A program made the position numbers and the translations under genes. Below the pieces are notes generated by a model, which did not search any database, had not been told where the DNA came from, and was given only the letters and a program-made list of their open reading frames with translations. A stretch of 37,226 nucleotides of DNA from a virus (Duplodnaviria; Heunggongvirae; Uroviricota; Caudoviricetes): IMG/VR virus record IMGVR_UViG_2529292736_000004. The stretch is one strand, 5' to 3'. Below, piece after piece: positions 17,380 through 31,055 of the stretch; position 1 is the first letter of the stretch; every line of letters begins with the position of its first letter.

Positions 17380-17600
17380 TATCATTTTGCGGGTCCTTTC
17401 CGGCGATCCGACAGGTTACGGGGCGGCGACCTCGCGGGTTTTCGCTATTTATGAAAATTTTCCGGTTTAAGGCGTTTCCGTTCTTCTTCGTCATAACTTA
17501 ATGTTTTTATTTAAAATACCCTCTGAAAAGAAAGGAAACGACAGGTGCTGAAAGCGAGCTTTTTGGCCTCTGTCGTTTCCTTTCTCTGTTTTTGTCCGTG
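17380..17600 (+). other. cos: Lambda cos site (cosQ-cosN-cosB); 12-nt cohesive end GGGCGGCGACCT at 17421..17432
   Basis: …CGACAGGTTACG|GGGCGGCGACCTCGCGGGTTTTCGCTATTTATGAAAATTTTCCGGTTTAAGGCG… matches the lambda right-end/left-end junction; cosB runs up to the IS66 insertion point at 17608. Confidence 0.9.
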
Positions 17601-17608
17601 GAATGAAC

Positions 17609-17986
17609 GTAAGCGGCTCGCCAGAACCGTATTGATATTTACTGAGAAGTCAGATCAACTTTCCAGGGCAACAGATCGCGTACCCGGTTTGCCGGCCAGT
17701 CCTGGATATGCTCAATAACGTAACGCAGCCATTTTTCTGGCTCTACATTGTTCAGACGGCATGTGCCGATCAGCGAGTACAACACCGCCGCATGTTCGCC
17801 ACCGCTGTCGGAACCCGCGAAGAGCCAGTTTTCCGGCCTACCGCCACTCCCCGTAAGGCGTTCTCTGCGATGTTGTTGTCGATTTCCACCCAGCCATTAC
17901 TGCAGTACACGTTCAGTGCATCCCACTGTTTCAGCAGGTATGCGAACGCTTTTGCCGTATCTGAGTGACGCGACAGTGTTTTCATC
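17609..17986 (-). repeat. Partial (378-bp) copy of the IS66-family element end (terminal repeat plus tnpC 3' end), in tandem with the full copy
   Basis: 17609..17986 aligns with 17987..18364 with about five differences (for example TTTTCC versus TTTTTCC, and two changes within cagtgcatccc versus cagggcctccc); both copies start GTAAGCGGCTCGCC. Confidence 0.85.
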
Positions 17987-18016
17987 GTAAGCGGCTCGCC
18001 AGAACCGTATTGATAT

Positions 18017-19588
18017 TTACTGAGAAGTCAGATCAACTTTCCAGGGCAACAGATCGCGTACCCGGTTTGCCGGCCAGTCCTGGATATGCTCAATAACGTA
18101 ACGCAGCCATTTTTCTGGCTCTACATTGTTCAGACGGCATGTGCCGATCAGCGAGTACAACACCGCCGCATGTTCGCCACCGCTGTCGGAACCCGCGAAG
18201 AGCCAGTTTTTCCGGCCTACGGCCACTCCCCGTAAGGCGTTCTCTGCGATGTTGTTGTCGATTTCCACCCAGCCATTACTGCAGTACACGTTCAGGGCCT
18301 CCCACTGTTTCAGCAGGTATGCGAACGCTTTTGCCGTATCCGAGTGACGCGACAGTGTTTTCATCTGTTCCTGTATCCAGTCATACAGTGACTGCATCAG
18401 TGGAGCCGCTCTGGCTTTTCTTGCTGCCAGACGCTGTTCTGCTGAACATCCCCAGACTTCTGCCTCGATGACATACAGTTCACCGATACGCTGCAGGGCT
18501 TCCGTGGTGATGTCGGTTGGCACTCTTGCATGCACATCGTGGATTTTTCTCCGGGCATGGGCCATACACGCGGCTTCCGTTATTCTGCCGGATTCGTATA
18601 ACGCCCGGTAACCACCGTAAGCATCTGCCTGAAGCACACCGCTGTAACCGGCCAGGTGATTCTGTGGATGGATACCTTTCCGGTCCGGGCTGTACGCGAA
18701 CCAGACCGCCGGGGGCATCTGTGAACCGGCGTTACGGTCATCACGGACATAGACCCACAGCCGGGCAGTTCTTGTTTTACCACTGCCCGGCTCCTGGACC
18801 GGAACGGGGATATCATCCGCATGGACTTTACCGGGCATCAGCACATACTGGCGCAGCACGTCATACAGCGGCTCCAGCAGTTCAGCAACGGCACCGGTCC
18901 AGCGCCCCAGCGTGGCGCGGCTCAGTTCCACGCCCTGACGAAGGTATATTTCTGACTGGCGGTATAACGGCAGATGGTCTGCATACTTCCCGGTGACGAT
19001 ATGAGCCAGAAGCCCCGCTCCGGCATAACTGCGTGCAATGGGTTTTGAAGGTACTGGTGCCTGCACGATATGGTCGCACCGGCAACAGGCCAGTTTCGGA
19101 CGTTGTGTTTCGATAACCTTAAAAGCGCTGCTGATAAGCTCCAGTTGCTCTGACACATCACACCCCAGAGGACTGAGGTCACCACCACAGGCCGGGCAGC
19201 ATTCCTCTTCCGGCCGGATGACCCGGGTTTCACGGGGAAGTGAGGCCGGTAACGGCTTACGGGCTGAAGACTGGCGCAGGGCGGATGGCAGTACCGGGTC
19301 ATATTGCTCACCCAGCGTTTCCGCCATTTCTTCCTGAAGTGCGCTGATTCGCTCCTGGGCTTCCTGTATCTGCCGTTCGGTTTTAGCGCGAAGTTTTTCT
19401 GAGCTTTTACCGAACTGCATACGTTGCAGTTTCGCAACCAGCGCCTTCAGCCGGTTGATTTCGGAAGCATAAGCCGCCACCCGCTGTGAGAGCAGGCGGT
19501 TGTATTCAGCCATCTGGCGTATGGTGTCCTGTTGCGTCTGCAACAGTGCCCGCAGGCGGGCGTTCTCATGAGCAAGTGAGGTGTCCAT
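18017..19588 (-). CDS. tnpC: IS66-family transposase TnpC (orf3), 523 aa
   Basis: N-terminal coiled-coil/leucine-zipper region, CxxC zinc-finger-like motifs (CPACGG...CCRCDH) and a DDE-type catalytic region typical of IS66 transposases. Confidence 0.85.
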   Translation of the reverse strand: MDTSLAHENARLRALLQTQQDTIRQMAEYNRLLSQRVAAYASEINRLKALVAKLQRMQFGKSSEKLRAKTERQIQEAQERISALQEEMAETLGEQYDPVLPSALRQSSARKPLPASLPRETRVIRPEEECCPACGGDLSPLGCDVSEQLELISSAFKVIETQRPKLACCRCDHIVQAPVPSKPIARSYAGAGLLAHIVTGKYADHLPLYRQSEIYLRQGVELSRATLGRWTGAVAELLEPLYDVLRQYVLMPGKVHADDIPVPVQEPGSGKTRTARLWVYVRDDRNAGSQMPPAVWFAYSPDRKGIHPQNHLAGYSGVLQADAYGGYRALYESGRITEAACMAHARRKIHDVHARVPTDITTEALQRIGELYVIEAEVWGCSAEQRLAARKARAAPLMQSLYDWIQEQMKTLSRHSDTAKAFAYLLKQWEALNVYCSNGWVEIDNNIAENALRGVAVGRKNWLFAGSDSGGEHAAVLYSLIGTCRLNNVEPEKWLRYVIEHIQDWPANRVRDLLPWKVDLTSQ

Positions 19589-19607
19589 ATCCTCACTTTA
19601 CAACGGG

Positions 19608-19955
19608 TTATATGCGGATGCCAGCGCGTTCCGTTCGTTTCGGGTGCTTCCAGTTGATACCTTCAAGAAGCATAGATAACTGAGCCGGAGTAAGGTGCAC
19701 CTTGCCGTCACGGGTAACCGGCCAGACGAAGCGGCCCCGCTCCAGGCGTTTGGTGAAGAGGCACAGTCCGTCACTGTCAGCCCACAACACTTTTATCTGG
19801 TCACCCCGGCGTCCGCGGAAGATGAACAGATGCCCGGAGAACGGGTCATCCTTCAGGACGTTCTGAACTTTTGATGCCAGGCCGTTAAAACCATTTCGCA
19901 TGTCGGTGATACCGGCAACCAGCCAGATACGCGAACCGGCAGGGAGAGATATCAT
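19608..19955 (-). CDS. tnpB: IS66-family TnpB (orf2), 115 aa
   Basis: MISLPAGSRIWLVAGITDMRNGFNGLASKVQNVLKDDPFSGHLFIFRGRRGDQIKVLWADSDGLCLFTKRLERGRFVWP: canonical IS66 Orf2. Confidence 0.85.
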   Translation of the reverse strand: MISLPAGSRIWLVAGITDMRNGFNGLASKVQNVLKDDPFSGHLFIFRGRRGDQIKVLWADSDGLCLFTKRLERGRFVWPVTRDGKVHLTPAQLSMLLEGINWKHPKRTERAGIRI

Positions 19956-20605
19956 TAGTGGCTGCTCCCTTTCATTTCGCGGATAAGTGTCTGTAATAAC
20001 GCCGGTGTCAGTTCACCTTTCAGCCTGAGAGTTCCGGCCGGCAGAACCAGCTCACAGCACAGACTGTCGGGCGGTGTATTTATCTGTTCAGGTATCTGCA
20101 CTGGTGCCGGGATTTTATTATCCGGCTCCGGAGTTAACGTCACGGGAAGTAGCGATGTTTCATGTTCGCCGGTCGGCTGCAGGCCGCCGTTACGCCAGAG
20201 ATGCCGCCAGTTAAAGAGCAGGTTATCGTTGATTCCGTTCTCACGAGCTATTTGTGCGACACAGGCACCGGGTAAAAGAGTTTGCTGAACAAGCCTCCAT
20301 TTAAACTCCGGTGAAAATCGGTTCCGGCGGATTTTCTCTGTTTTCACAGGCTGAGTCACTGTCGGGGCTGAAGGGTATCGCCCCGGGAACAGAGCCCGGG
20401 CCAGTTGCACGCAGGAATATTCTCCGGAAAGAGGCCAGTCAGTGAATACCTGGTGAAATCGCCTCACCAGAGAAAAAATGGCGGTTTTGCTGATACCGGT
20501 CTGCGCAGAAATGCGCGGGTACGACAGTGACTCGTCAAATCTCAGTTGTAGCACACGCAGGATCAATTCCGGATTGTCTGCCAGTACCGCTTTTCGTGCA
20601 TTCAT
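19955..20605 (-). CDS. tnpA: IS66-family TnpA (orf1), 216 aa with an N-terminal HTH extension
   Basis: Contains ...RRNRFSPEFKWRLVQQTLLPGACVAQIARENGINDNLLFNWR..., typical of IS66 orfA. Confidence 0.75.
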   Translation of the reverse strand: MNARKAVLADNPELILRVLQLRFDESLSYPRISAQTGISKTAIFSLVRRFHQVFTDWPLSGEYSCVQLARALFPGRYPSAPTVTQPVKTEKIRRNRFSPEFKWRLVQQTLLPGACVAQIARENGINDNLLFNWRHLWRNGGLQPTGEHETSLLPVTLTPEPDNKIPAPVQIPEQINTPPDSLCCELVLPAGTLRLKGELTPALLQTLIREMKGSSH

Positions 20606-20699
20606 CTTAAATGTCCCTTTACTGCGAAAATGGACATTAGTATCGGAAACAGGAAAGGGAGGCGAAAGACGGTTTAAATGAGACGGTTACGAATGAACA

Positions 20700-21219
20700 A
20701 TGGAAGTCAACAAAAAGCAGCTGGCTGACATTTTCGGTGCGAGTATCCGTACCATTCAGAACTGGCAGGAACAGGGAATGCCCGTTCTGCGAGGCGGTGG
20801 CAAGGGTAATGAGGTGCTTTATGACTCTGCCGCCGTCATAAAATGGTATGCCGAAAGGGATGCTGAAATTGAGAACGAAAAGCTGCGCCGGGAAGTTGAA
20901 GAACTGCGGCAGGCCAGCGAGACAGATCTCCAGCCAGGGACTATTGAGTACGAACGCCATCGACTTACGCGTGCGCAGGCCGACGCACAGGAGCTGAAAA
21001 ATGCCAGAGACTCCGCTGAAGTGGTGGAAACCGCATTCTGTACTTTCGTGCTGTCGCGGATCGCAGGTGAAATTGCCAGTATTCTCGACGGGATCCCCCT
21101 GTCGGTGCAGCGGCGTTTTCCGGAACTGGAAAACCGACATGTTGATTTCCTGAAACGGGATATCATCAAAGCCATGAACAAAGCAGCCGCGCTGGATGAA
21201 CTGATACCGGGGTTGCTGA

Positions 21220-21245
<26 letters not shown>
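20700..21245 (+). CDS. Nu1: Terminase small subunit Nu1, 181 aa
   Basis: MEVNKKQLADIFGASIRTIQNWQEQGMPVLRGGGKGNEVLYDSAAVIKWYAERDAEIENEKLRREVEELRQA... matches lambda Nu1. Confidence 0.95.
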
Positions 21246-24926
<3,681 letters not shown>

Positions 24927-24946
<20 letters not shown>

Positions 24947-26246
24947 TCTCCCGCATATTGCCAGTATGGCCTTTAATGATCCGCTGATGCTTGAACCCGC
25001 CTATGCGCGGGTTTTCTTTTGTGCGCTTGCAGGCCAGCTTGGGATCAGCCGCCTGACGGATGCGGTGTCCGGCGACAGCCTGACTGCCCAGGAGGCACTC
25101 GCGACGCTGGCGTTATCCGGTGATGATGACGGACCACGACAGGCCCGCAGTTATCAGGTCATGAACGGCATCGCCGTGCTGCCGGTGTCCGGCACGCTGG
25201 TCAGCCGGACGCGGGCGCTGCAGCCGTACTCGGGGATGACCGGTTACAACGGCATTATCGCCCGTCTGCAACAGGCTGCCAGCGATCCGATGGTGGACGG
25301 CATTCTGCTCGATATGGACACGCCCGGCGGGATGGTGGCGGGGGCATTTGACTGCGCTGACATCATCGCCCGTGTGCGTGACATAAAACCGGTATGGGCG
25401 CTTGCCAACGACATGAACTGCAGTGCAGGTCAGTTGCTTGCCAGTGCCGCCTCCCGGCGTCTGGTCACGCAGACCGCCCGGACAGGCTCCATCGGCGTCA
25501 TGATGGCTCACAGTAATTACGGTGCTGCGCTGGAGAAACAGGGTGTGGAAATCACGCTGATTTACAGCGGCAGCCATAAGGTGGATGGCAACCCCTACAG
25601 CCATCTTCCGGATGACGTCCGGGAGACACTGCAGTCCCGGATGGACGCAACCCGCCAGATGTTTGCGCAGAAGGTGTCGGCATATACCGGCCTGTCCGTG
25701 CAGGCTGTGCTGGATACCGAGGCTGCAGTGTACAGCGGTCAGGAGGCCATTGATGCCGGACTGGCTGATGAACTTGTTAACAGCACCGATGCGATCACCG
25801 TCATGCGTGATGCACTGGATGCACGTAAATCCCGTCTCTCAGGAGGGCGAATGACCAAAGAGACTCAATCAACAACTGTTTCAGCCACTGCTTCGCAGGC
25901 TGACGTTACTGACGTGGTGCCAGCGACGGAGGGCGAAAACGCCAGCGCGGCGCAGCCGGACGTGAACGCGCAGATCACCGCAGCGGTTGCGGCAGAAAAC
26001 AGCCGCATTATGGGGATCCTCAACTGTGAGGAGGCTCACGGACGCGAAGAACAGGCACGCGTGCTGGCAGAAACCCCCGGTATGACCGTGAAAACGGCCC
26101 GCCGCATTCTGGCCGCAGCACCACAGAGTGCACAGGCGCGCAGTGACACTGCGCTGGATCGTCTGATGCAGGGGGCACCGGCACCGCTGGCTGCAGGTAA
26201 CCCGGCATCTGATGCCGTTAACGATTTGCTGAACACACCAGTGTAA
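24927..26246 (+). CDS. C: Capsid maturation protease / minor capsid protein C, 439 aa (GTG start)
   Basis: VTAELRNLPHIASMAFNDPLMLEPAYARVFF... matches lambda gpC; GTG at 24927 behind GAGGAGG; ClpP/S49-like protease fold. Confidence 0.9.
25641..26246 (+). CDS. Nu3: Scaffolding protein Nu3 (in-frame C-terminal portion of C), 201 aa
   Basis: Internal in-frame ATG at 25641 (MDATRQMFAQKVSAYTGLSVQ...), arrangement as in lambda C/Nu3. Confidence 0.8.
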   Translation: MDATRQMFAQKVSAYTGLSVQAVLDTEAAVYSGQEAIDAGLADELVNSTDAITVMRDALDARKSRLSGGRMTKETQSTTVSATASQADVTDVVPATEGENASAAQPDVNAQITAAVAAENSRIMGILNCEEAHGREEQARVLAETPGMTVKTARRILAAAPQSAQARSDTALDRLMQGAPAPLAAGNPASDAVNDLLNTPV

Positions 26247-26255
26247 GGGATGTTT

Positions 26256-26588
26256 ATGACGAGCAAAGAAACCTTTACCCATTACCAGCCGCAGGGCAAC
26301 AGTGACCCGGCTCATACCGCAACCGCGCCCGGCGGATTGAGTGCGAAAGCGCCTGCAATGACCCCGCTGATGCTGGACACCTCCAGCCGTAAGCTGGTTG
26401 CGTGGGATGGCACCACCGACGGTGCTGCCGTTGGCATTCTTGCGGTTGCTGCTGACCAGACCAGCACCACGCTGACATTCTACAAGTCCGGCACGTTCCG
26501 TTATGAGGATGTGCTCTGGCCGGAGGCTGCCAGCGACGAGACGAAAAAACGGACCGCGTTTGCCGGAACGGCAATCAGCATCGTTTAA
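26256..26588 (+). CDS. D: Head decoration protein D, 110 aa
   Basis: [52 protein letters not shown]... matches lambda gpD. Confidence 0.95.
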
Positions 26589-26643
26589 CTTTACCCTTCA
26601 TCACTAAAGGCCGCCTGTGCGGCTTTTTTTACGGGATTTTTTT

Positions 26644-27669
26644 ATGTCGATGTACACAACCGCCCAGCTGCTGGCGGCAAATGAGCAGAAATTTAAGTTT
26701 GATCCGCTGTTTCTGCGTCTCTTTTTCCGTGAGAGCTATCCCTTCACCACGGAGAAAGTCTATCTCTCACAAATTCCGGGACTGGTAAACATGGCGCTGT
26801 ACGTTTCGCCGATTGTTTCCGGTGAGGTTATCCGTTCCCGTGGCGGCTCCACCTCTGAATTTACGCCGGGATATGTCAAGCCGAAGCATGAAGTGAATCC
26901 GCAGATGACCCTGCGTCGCCTGCCGGATGAAGATCCGCAGAATCTGGCGGACCCGGCTTACCGCCGCCGTCGCATCATCATGCAGAACATGCGTGACGAA
27001 GAGCTGGCCATTGCTCAGGTCGAAGAGATGCAGGCAGTTTCTGCCGTGCTCAAGGGCAAATACACCATGACCGGTGAAGCCTTCGATCCGGTTGAGGTGG
27101 ATATGGGCCGCAGTGCGGCGAACAACATCACGCAGTCCGGCGGCACGGAGTGGAGCAAGCGTGACAAGTCCACGTATGACCCGACCGACGATATCGAAGC
27201 CTACGCGCTGAACGCCAGCGGCGTGGTGAATATCATCGTGTTTGACCCGAAAGGCTGGGCGCTGTTCCGTTCCTTCAAAGCCGTCAGGGAGAAGCTGGAT
27301 ACCCGTCGCGGCTCTCATTCCGAACTGGAGACAGCGGTAAAAGACCTGGGCAAAGCGGTGTCTTATAAGGGAATGTATGGCGATGTGGCCATCGTCGTGT
27401 ATTCCGGACAGTACGTGGAAAACGGCGTCAAAAAGAACTTCCTGCCGGACAACACGATGGTGCTGGGTAACACTCATGCACGCGGTCTGCGCACCTATGG
27501 CTGTATTCAGGATGCAGATGCATTGAGTGAGGGTATTAATGCGTCTCCCCGTTATCCGAAAAACTGGAAGACATCCGGCGATCCGGCGCGAGAGTTCACC
27601 ATGATTCAGTCAGCACCGCTGATGCTGCTGGCTGATCCTGATGAGTTCGTGTCCGTTCAACTGGCGTAA
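26644..27669 (+). CDS. E: Major capsid protein E, 341 aa
   Basis: MSMYTTAQLLAANEQKFKFDPLFLRLFFRESYPFTTEKVYLSQIPGLVNMALYVSPIVSGEVIRSRGGSTSEF... matches lambda gpE. Confidence 0.95.
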   Translation: MSMYTTAQLLAANEQKFKFDPLFLRLFFRESYPFTTEKVYLSQIPGLVNMALYVSPIVSGEVIRSRGGSTSEFTPGYVKPKHEVNPQMTLRRLPDEDPQNLADPAYRRRRIIMQNMRDEELAIAQVEEMQAVSAVLKGKYTMTGEAFDPVEVDMGRSAANNITQSGGTEWSKRDKSTYDPTDDIEAYALNASGVVNIIVFDPKGWALFRSFKAVREKLDTRRGSHSELETAVKDLGKAVSYKGMYGDVAIVVYSGQYVENGVKKNFLPDNTMVLGNTHARGLRTYGCIQDADALSEGINASPRYPKNWKTSGDPAREFTMIQSAPLMLLADPDEFVSVQLA

Positions 27670-27710
27670 TCATGGCCCTTCGGGGCCATTTTCTCTCTGT
27701 GGAGGAGTCC

Positions 27711-28106
27711 ATGACGAAAGATGAACTGATTGCCCGTCTCCGTTCGCTGGGTGAGCAACTGAACCGTGATGTCAGCCTGACGGGGACGAAAGAAGAACTG
27801 GCGCTCCGTGTGGCAGAGCTGGAAGAGGAGCTTGATGACACGGATGACGCAGCCGGTCAGGACACGTCTGTCAGCCCGGAAAATGTGCTGACCGTGCATG
27901 AAAATGAGGTGGTATCAGCGCAGCCGGATACCGTGACTGATACGGCTGAACTGGTCACGGTCGTGGCACTGGTGACGCTGCATACTGATGCACTTCACGC
28001 CACGCGGGATGAACCTGTGGCATTTGTGCTGCCGGGAACGGCGTTTCGTGTCTCTGCCGGTATGGCAGCCGAAATGACAGAGCGCGGCCTGGCCAGAATG
28101 CAATAA
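27711..28106 (+). CDS. FI: DNA-packaging protein FI, 132 aa
   Basis: MTKDELIARLRSLGEQLNRDVSLTGTKEELALRVAELEEELDDTDD... matches lambda gpFI; ATG at 27711 behind GGAGGAG. Confidence 0.9.
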   Translation: MTKDELIARLRSLGEQLNRDVSLTGTKEELALRVAELEEELDDTDDAAGQDTSVSPENVLTVHENEVVSAQPDTVTDTAELVTVVALVTLHTDALHATRDEPVAFVLPGTAFRVSAGMAAEMTERGLARMQ

Positions 28107-28117
28107 CGGGAGGCGCT

Positions 28118-28471
28118 GTGGCTGATTTCGATAACCTGTTCGATGCTGCCATTGCCTGCGCCGATGAAACGATACGCGGGTACATGGGAACGTCAGCCAC
28201 CATGACATCCGGTGAGCAGTCCGGTGCTGTGATACGTGGTGTTTTTGATGACCCTGAAAATATCAGCTATGCCGGACAGGGCGTGCGCGTTGAAGGCTCC
28301 AGCCCGTCCCTGTTTGTCCGGACTGATGATGTGCGGCAGCTGCGGCGCGGCGACACGCTGACCATCGGTGAGGAAAACTTCTGGATAGACCGGATTTCGC
28401 CGGATGATGGCGGAAGCTGTCATCTCTGGCTTGGGCGGGGCGTACCGCCTGCCGTTAACCGTCGCCGCTGA
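28118..28471 (+). CDS. FII: Head-tail joining protein FII, 117 aa
   Basis: MADFDNLFDAAIACADETIRGYMGTSATMTSGEQSGAVIRGVFDDPENISYAGQGVRVEG... matches lambda gpFII. Confidence 0.95.
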   Translation: MADFDNLFDAAIACADETIRGYMGTSATMTSGEQSGAVIRGVFDDPENISYAGQGVRVEGSSPSLFVRTDDVRQLRRGDTLTIGEENFWIDRISPDDGGSCHLWLGRGVPPAVNRRR

Positions 28472-28482
28472 AAGGGGGATGT

Positions 28483-29061
28483 ATGGCCATAAAAGGTCTT
28501 GAGCAGGCCGTTGAAAACCTCAGCCGTATCAGCAAAACGGCGGTGCCCGGTGCCGCCGCAATGGCCATTAACCGCGTTGCTTCATCCGCGATATCGCAGT
28601 CGGTGTCACAGGTTGCCCGTGAGACAAAGGTACGCCGGAAACTGGTAAAGGAAAGGGCCAGGCTGAAAAGGGCCACGGTCAAAAATCCGCAGGCCAGAAT
28701 CAAGGTTAACCGGGGGGATTTGCCCGTAATCAAGCTGGGTAATGCGCGGGTTGTCCTTTCGCGCCGCAGGCGTCGTAAAAAGGGGCAGCGTTCATCCCTG
28801 AAAGGTGGCGGCAGCGTGCTTGTGGTGGGTAACCGTCGTATTCCCGGCGCGTTTATTCAGCAACTGAAAAATGGCCGGTGGCATGTCATGCAGCGTGTGG
28901 CCGGGAAAAACCGTTACCCCATTGATGTGGTGAAAATCCCGATGGCGGTGCCGCTGACCACGGCGTTTAAACAAAATATTGAGCGGATACGGCGTGAACG
29001 TCTTCCGAAAGAGCTGGGCTATGCGCTGCAGCATCAACTGAGGATGGTAATAAAGCGATGA
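28483..29061 (+). CDS. Z: Minor tail protein Z, 192 aa
   Basis: MAIKGLEQAVENLSRISKTAVPGAAAMAINRVASSAISQSVSQVARETKVRRKLVKERARLKRATVKNPQ... matches lambda gpZ. Confidence 0.95.
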   Translation: MAIKGLEQAVENLSRISKTAVPGAAAMAINRVASSAISQSVSQVARETKVRRKLVKERARLKRATVKNPQARIKVNRGDLPVIKLGNARVVLSRRRRRKKGQRSSLKGGGSVLVVGNRRIPGAFIQQLKNGRWHVMQRVAGKNRYPIDVVKIPMAVPLTTAFKQNIERIRRERLPKELGYALQHQLRMVIKR

Positions 29062-29453
29062 AACATACTGAATTCCGTGCAGCCGTACTGGATGCACTGG
29101 AGAAGCATGACACCGGGGCGACGTTTTTTGATGGTCGCCCCGCTGTTTTTGATGAGGCGGATTTTCCGGCAGTTGCCGTTTATCTCACCGGCGCTGAATA
29201 CACGGGCGAAGAGCTGGACAGCGATACCTGGCAGGCGGAGCTGCATATCGAAGTTTTCCTGCCTGCTCAGGTGCCGGATTCAGAGCTGGATGCGTGGATG
29301 GAGTCCCGGATTTATCCGGTGATGAGCGATATCCCGGCACTGTCAGATTTGATCACCAGTATGGTGGCCAGCGGCTATGACTACCGGCGCGACGATGATG
29401 CGGGCCTGTGGAGTTCAGCCGATCTGACTTATGTCATTACCTATGAAATGTGA
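29058..29453 (+). CDS. U: Tail terminator protein U, 131 aa
   Basis: [69 protein letters not shown]... matches lambda gpU. Confidence 0.95.
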   Translation: MKHTEFRAAVLDALEKHDTGATFFDGRPAVFDEADFPAVAVYLTGAEYTGEELDSDTWQAELHIEVFLPAQVPDSELDAWMESRIYPVMSDIPALSDLITSMVASGYDYRRDDDAGLWSSADLTYVITYEM

Positions 29454-29460
29454 GGACGCT

Positions 29461-30201
29461 ATGCCTGTACCAAATCCTACAATGCCGGTGAAAGGTGCCG
29501 GGACCACCCTGTGGGTTTATAAGGGGAGCGGTGACCCTTATGCGAATCCGCTTTCAGACGTTGACTGGTCGCGTCTGGCAAAAGTTAAAGACCTGACGCC
29601 CGGCGAACTGACCGCTGAGTCCTATGACGACAGCTATCTCGATGATGAAGATGCAGACTGGACTGCGACCGGGCAGGGGCAGAAATCTGCCGGAGATACC
29701 AGCTTCACGCTGGCGTGGATGCCCGGAGAGCAGGGGCAGCAGGCGCTGCTGGCGTGGTTTAATGAAGGCGATACCCGTGCCTATAAAATCCGCTTCCCGA
29801 ACGGCACGGTCGATGTGTTCCGTGGCTGGGTCAGCAGTATCGGTAAGGCGGTGACGGCGAAGGAAGTGATCACCCGCACGGTGAAAGTCACCAATGTGGG
29901 ACGTCCGTCGATGGCAGAAGATCGCAGCATGGTAACAGCGGCAACCGGCATGACCGTGACGCCTGCCAGCACCTCGGTGGTGAAAGGGCAGAGCACCACG
30001 CTGACCGTGGCCTTCCAGCCGGAGGGCGTAACCGACAAGAGCTTTCGTGCGGTGTCTGCGGATAAAACAAAAGCCACCGTGTCGGTCAGTGGTATGACCA
30101 TCACCGTGAACGGCGTTGCTGCAGGCAAGGTCAACATTCCGGTTGTATCCGGTAATGGTGAGTTTGCTGCGGTTGCAGAAATTACCGTCACCGCCAGTTA
30201 A
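29461..30201 (+). CDS. V: Major tail tube protein V, 246 aa
   Basis: [67 protein letters not shown]... matches lambda gpV, including the C-terminal Ig-like domain. Confidence 0.95.
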   Translation: MPVPNPTMPVKGAGTTLWVYKGSGDPYANPLSDVDWSRLAKVKDLTPGELTAESYDDSYLDDEDADWTATGQGQKSAGDTSFTLAWMPGEQGQQALLAWFNEGDTRAYKIRFPNGTVDVFRGWVSSIGKAVTAKEVITRTVKVTNVGRPSMAEDRSMVTAATGMTVTPASTSVVKGQSTTLTVAFQPEGVTDKSFRAVSADKTKATVSVSGMTITVNGVAAGKVNIPVVSGNGEFAAVAEITVTAS

Positions 30202-30216
30202 TCCGGAGAGTCAGCG

Positions 30217-30639
30217 ATGTTCCTGAAAACCGAATCATTTGAACATAACGGTGTGACCGTCACGCTTTCTGAACTGTCAGCCCTGCAGCGCATTGAGCAT
30301 CTCGCCCTGATGAAACGGCAGGCAGAACAGGCGGAGTCAGACAGCAACCGGAAGTTTACTGTGGAAGACGCCATCAGAACCGGCGCGTTTCTGGTGGCGA
30401 TGTCCCTGTGGCATAACCATCCGCAGAAGACGCAGATGCCGTCCATGAATGAAGCCGTTAAACAGATTGAGCAGGAAGTGCTTACCACCTGGCCCACGGA
30501 GGCAATTTCTCATGCTGAAAACGTGGTGTACCGGCTGTCTGGTATGTATGAGTTTGTGGTGAATAATGCCCCTGAACAGACAGAGGACGCCGGGCCCGCA
30601 GAGCCTGTTTCTGCGGGAAAGTGTTCGACGGTGAGCTGA
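30217..30639 (+). CDS. G: Tail assembly chaperone G, 140 aa
   Basis: MFLKTESFEHNGVTVTLSELSALQRIEHLALMKRQAEQAESDSNRKFTVEDAIRTGAFLVAMSLWHNHP... matches lambda gpG. Confidence 0.95.
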   Translation: MFLKTESFEHNGVTVTLSELSALQRIEHLALMKRQAEQAESDSNRKFTVEDAIRTGAFLVAMSLWHNHPQKTQMPSMNEAVKQIEQEVLTTWPTEAISHAENVVYRLSGMYEFVVNNAPEQTEDAGPAEPVSAGKCSTVS

Positions 30640-31055
30640 GTTTTGCCCTGAAACTGGCGCGTGAGATGGGGCGACCCGACTGGCGTGCCATGCTTGCCGG
30701 GATGTCATCCACGGAGTATGCCGACTGGCACCGCTTTTACAGTACCCATTATTTTCATGATGTTCTGCTGGATATGCACTTTTCCGGGCTGACGTACACC
30801 GTGCTCAGCCTGTTTTTCAGCGATCCGGATATGCATCCGCTGGATTTCAGTCTGCTGAACCGGCGCGAGGCTGACGAAGAGCCTGAAGATGATGTGCTGA
30901 TGCAGAAAGCGGCAGGGCTTGCCGGAGGTGTCCGCTTTGGCCCGGACGGGAATGAAGTTATCCCCGCTTCCCCGGATGTGGCGGACATGACGGAGGATGA
31001 CGTAATGCTGATGACAGTATCAGAAGGGATCGCAGGAGGAGTCCGGTATGGCTGA
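30217..31055 (+). CDS. T: Tail assembly chaperone G-T fusion made by -1 programmed ribosomal frameshift at GGGAAAG (30615..30621)
   Basis: Slippery heptamer G GGA AAG near the end of G; the -1 frame continues open to 31055 (…FDGELSFALKLAREMGRPDWRAMLAGMSSTEYADWHRFY…), matching lambda gpT. Confidence 0.85.

Larger units (their letters stand above)
17987..20690 (-). mobile_element. IS66-family insertion sequence (tnpA-tnpB-tnpC), about 2.7 kb; the composite 17609..20690 is flanked by an 8-bp direct repeat GAATGAAC
   Basis: Ends GTAAGCGGCTC... and ...GAGACGGTTAC (imperfect inverted repeat); GAATGAAC at 17601..17608 and 20691..20698 is single-copy in lambda (GTGGAATGAACAATGGAAGTC). Confidence 0.85.

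Noticed and set aside
17237-17494. 85-aa ORF on the minus strand spanning cosQ/cosN
   Set aside because: It lies entirely within the conserved non-coding cos site and has no RBS; a chance ORF.
18126-18996. Plus-strand ORFs inside the IS66-family element (73, 110 and 159 aa)
   Set aside because: They are antisense to tnpC and arginine/proline-rich, typical of GC-rich shadow frames; the first is also duplicated in the partial IS copy, consistent with being sequence-driven rather than a gene.
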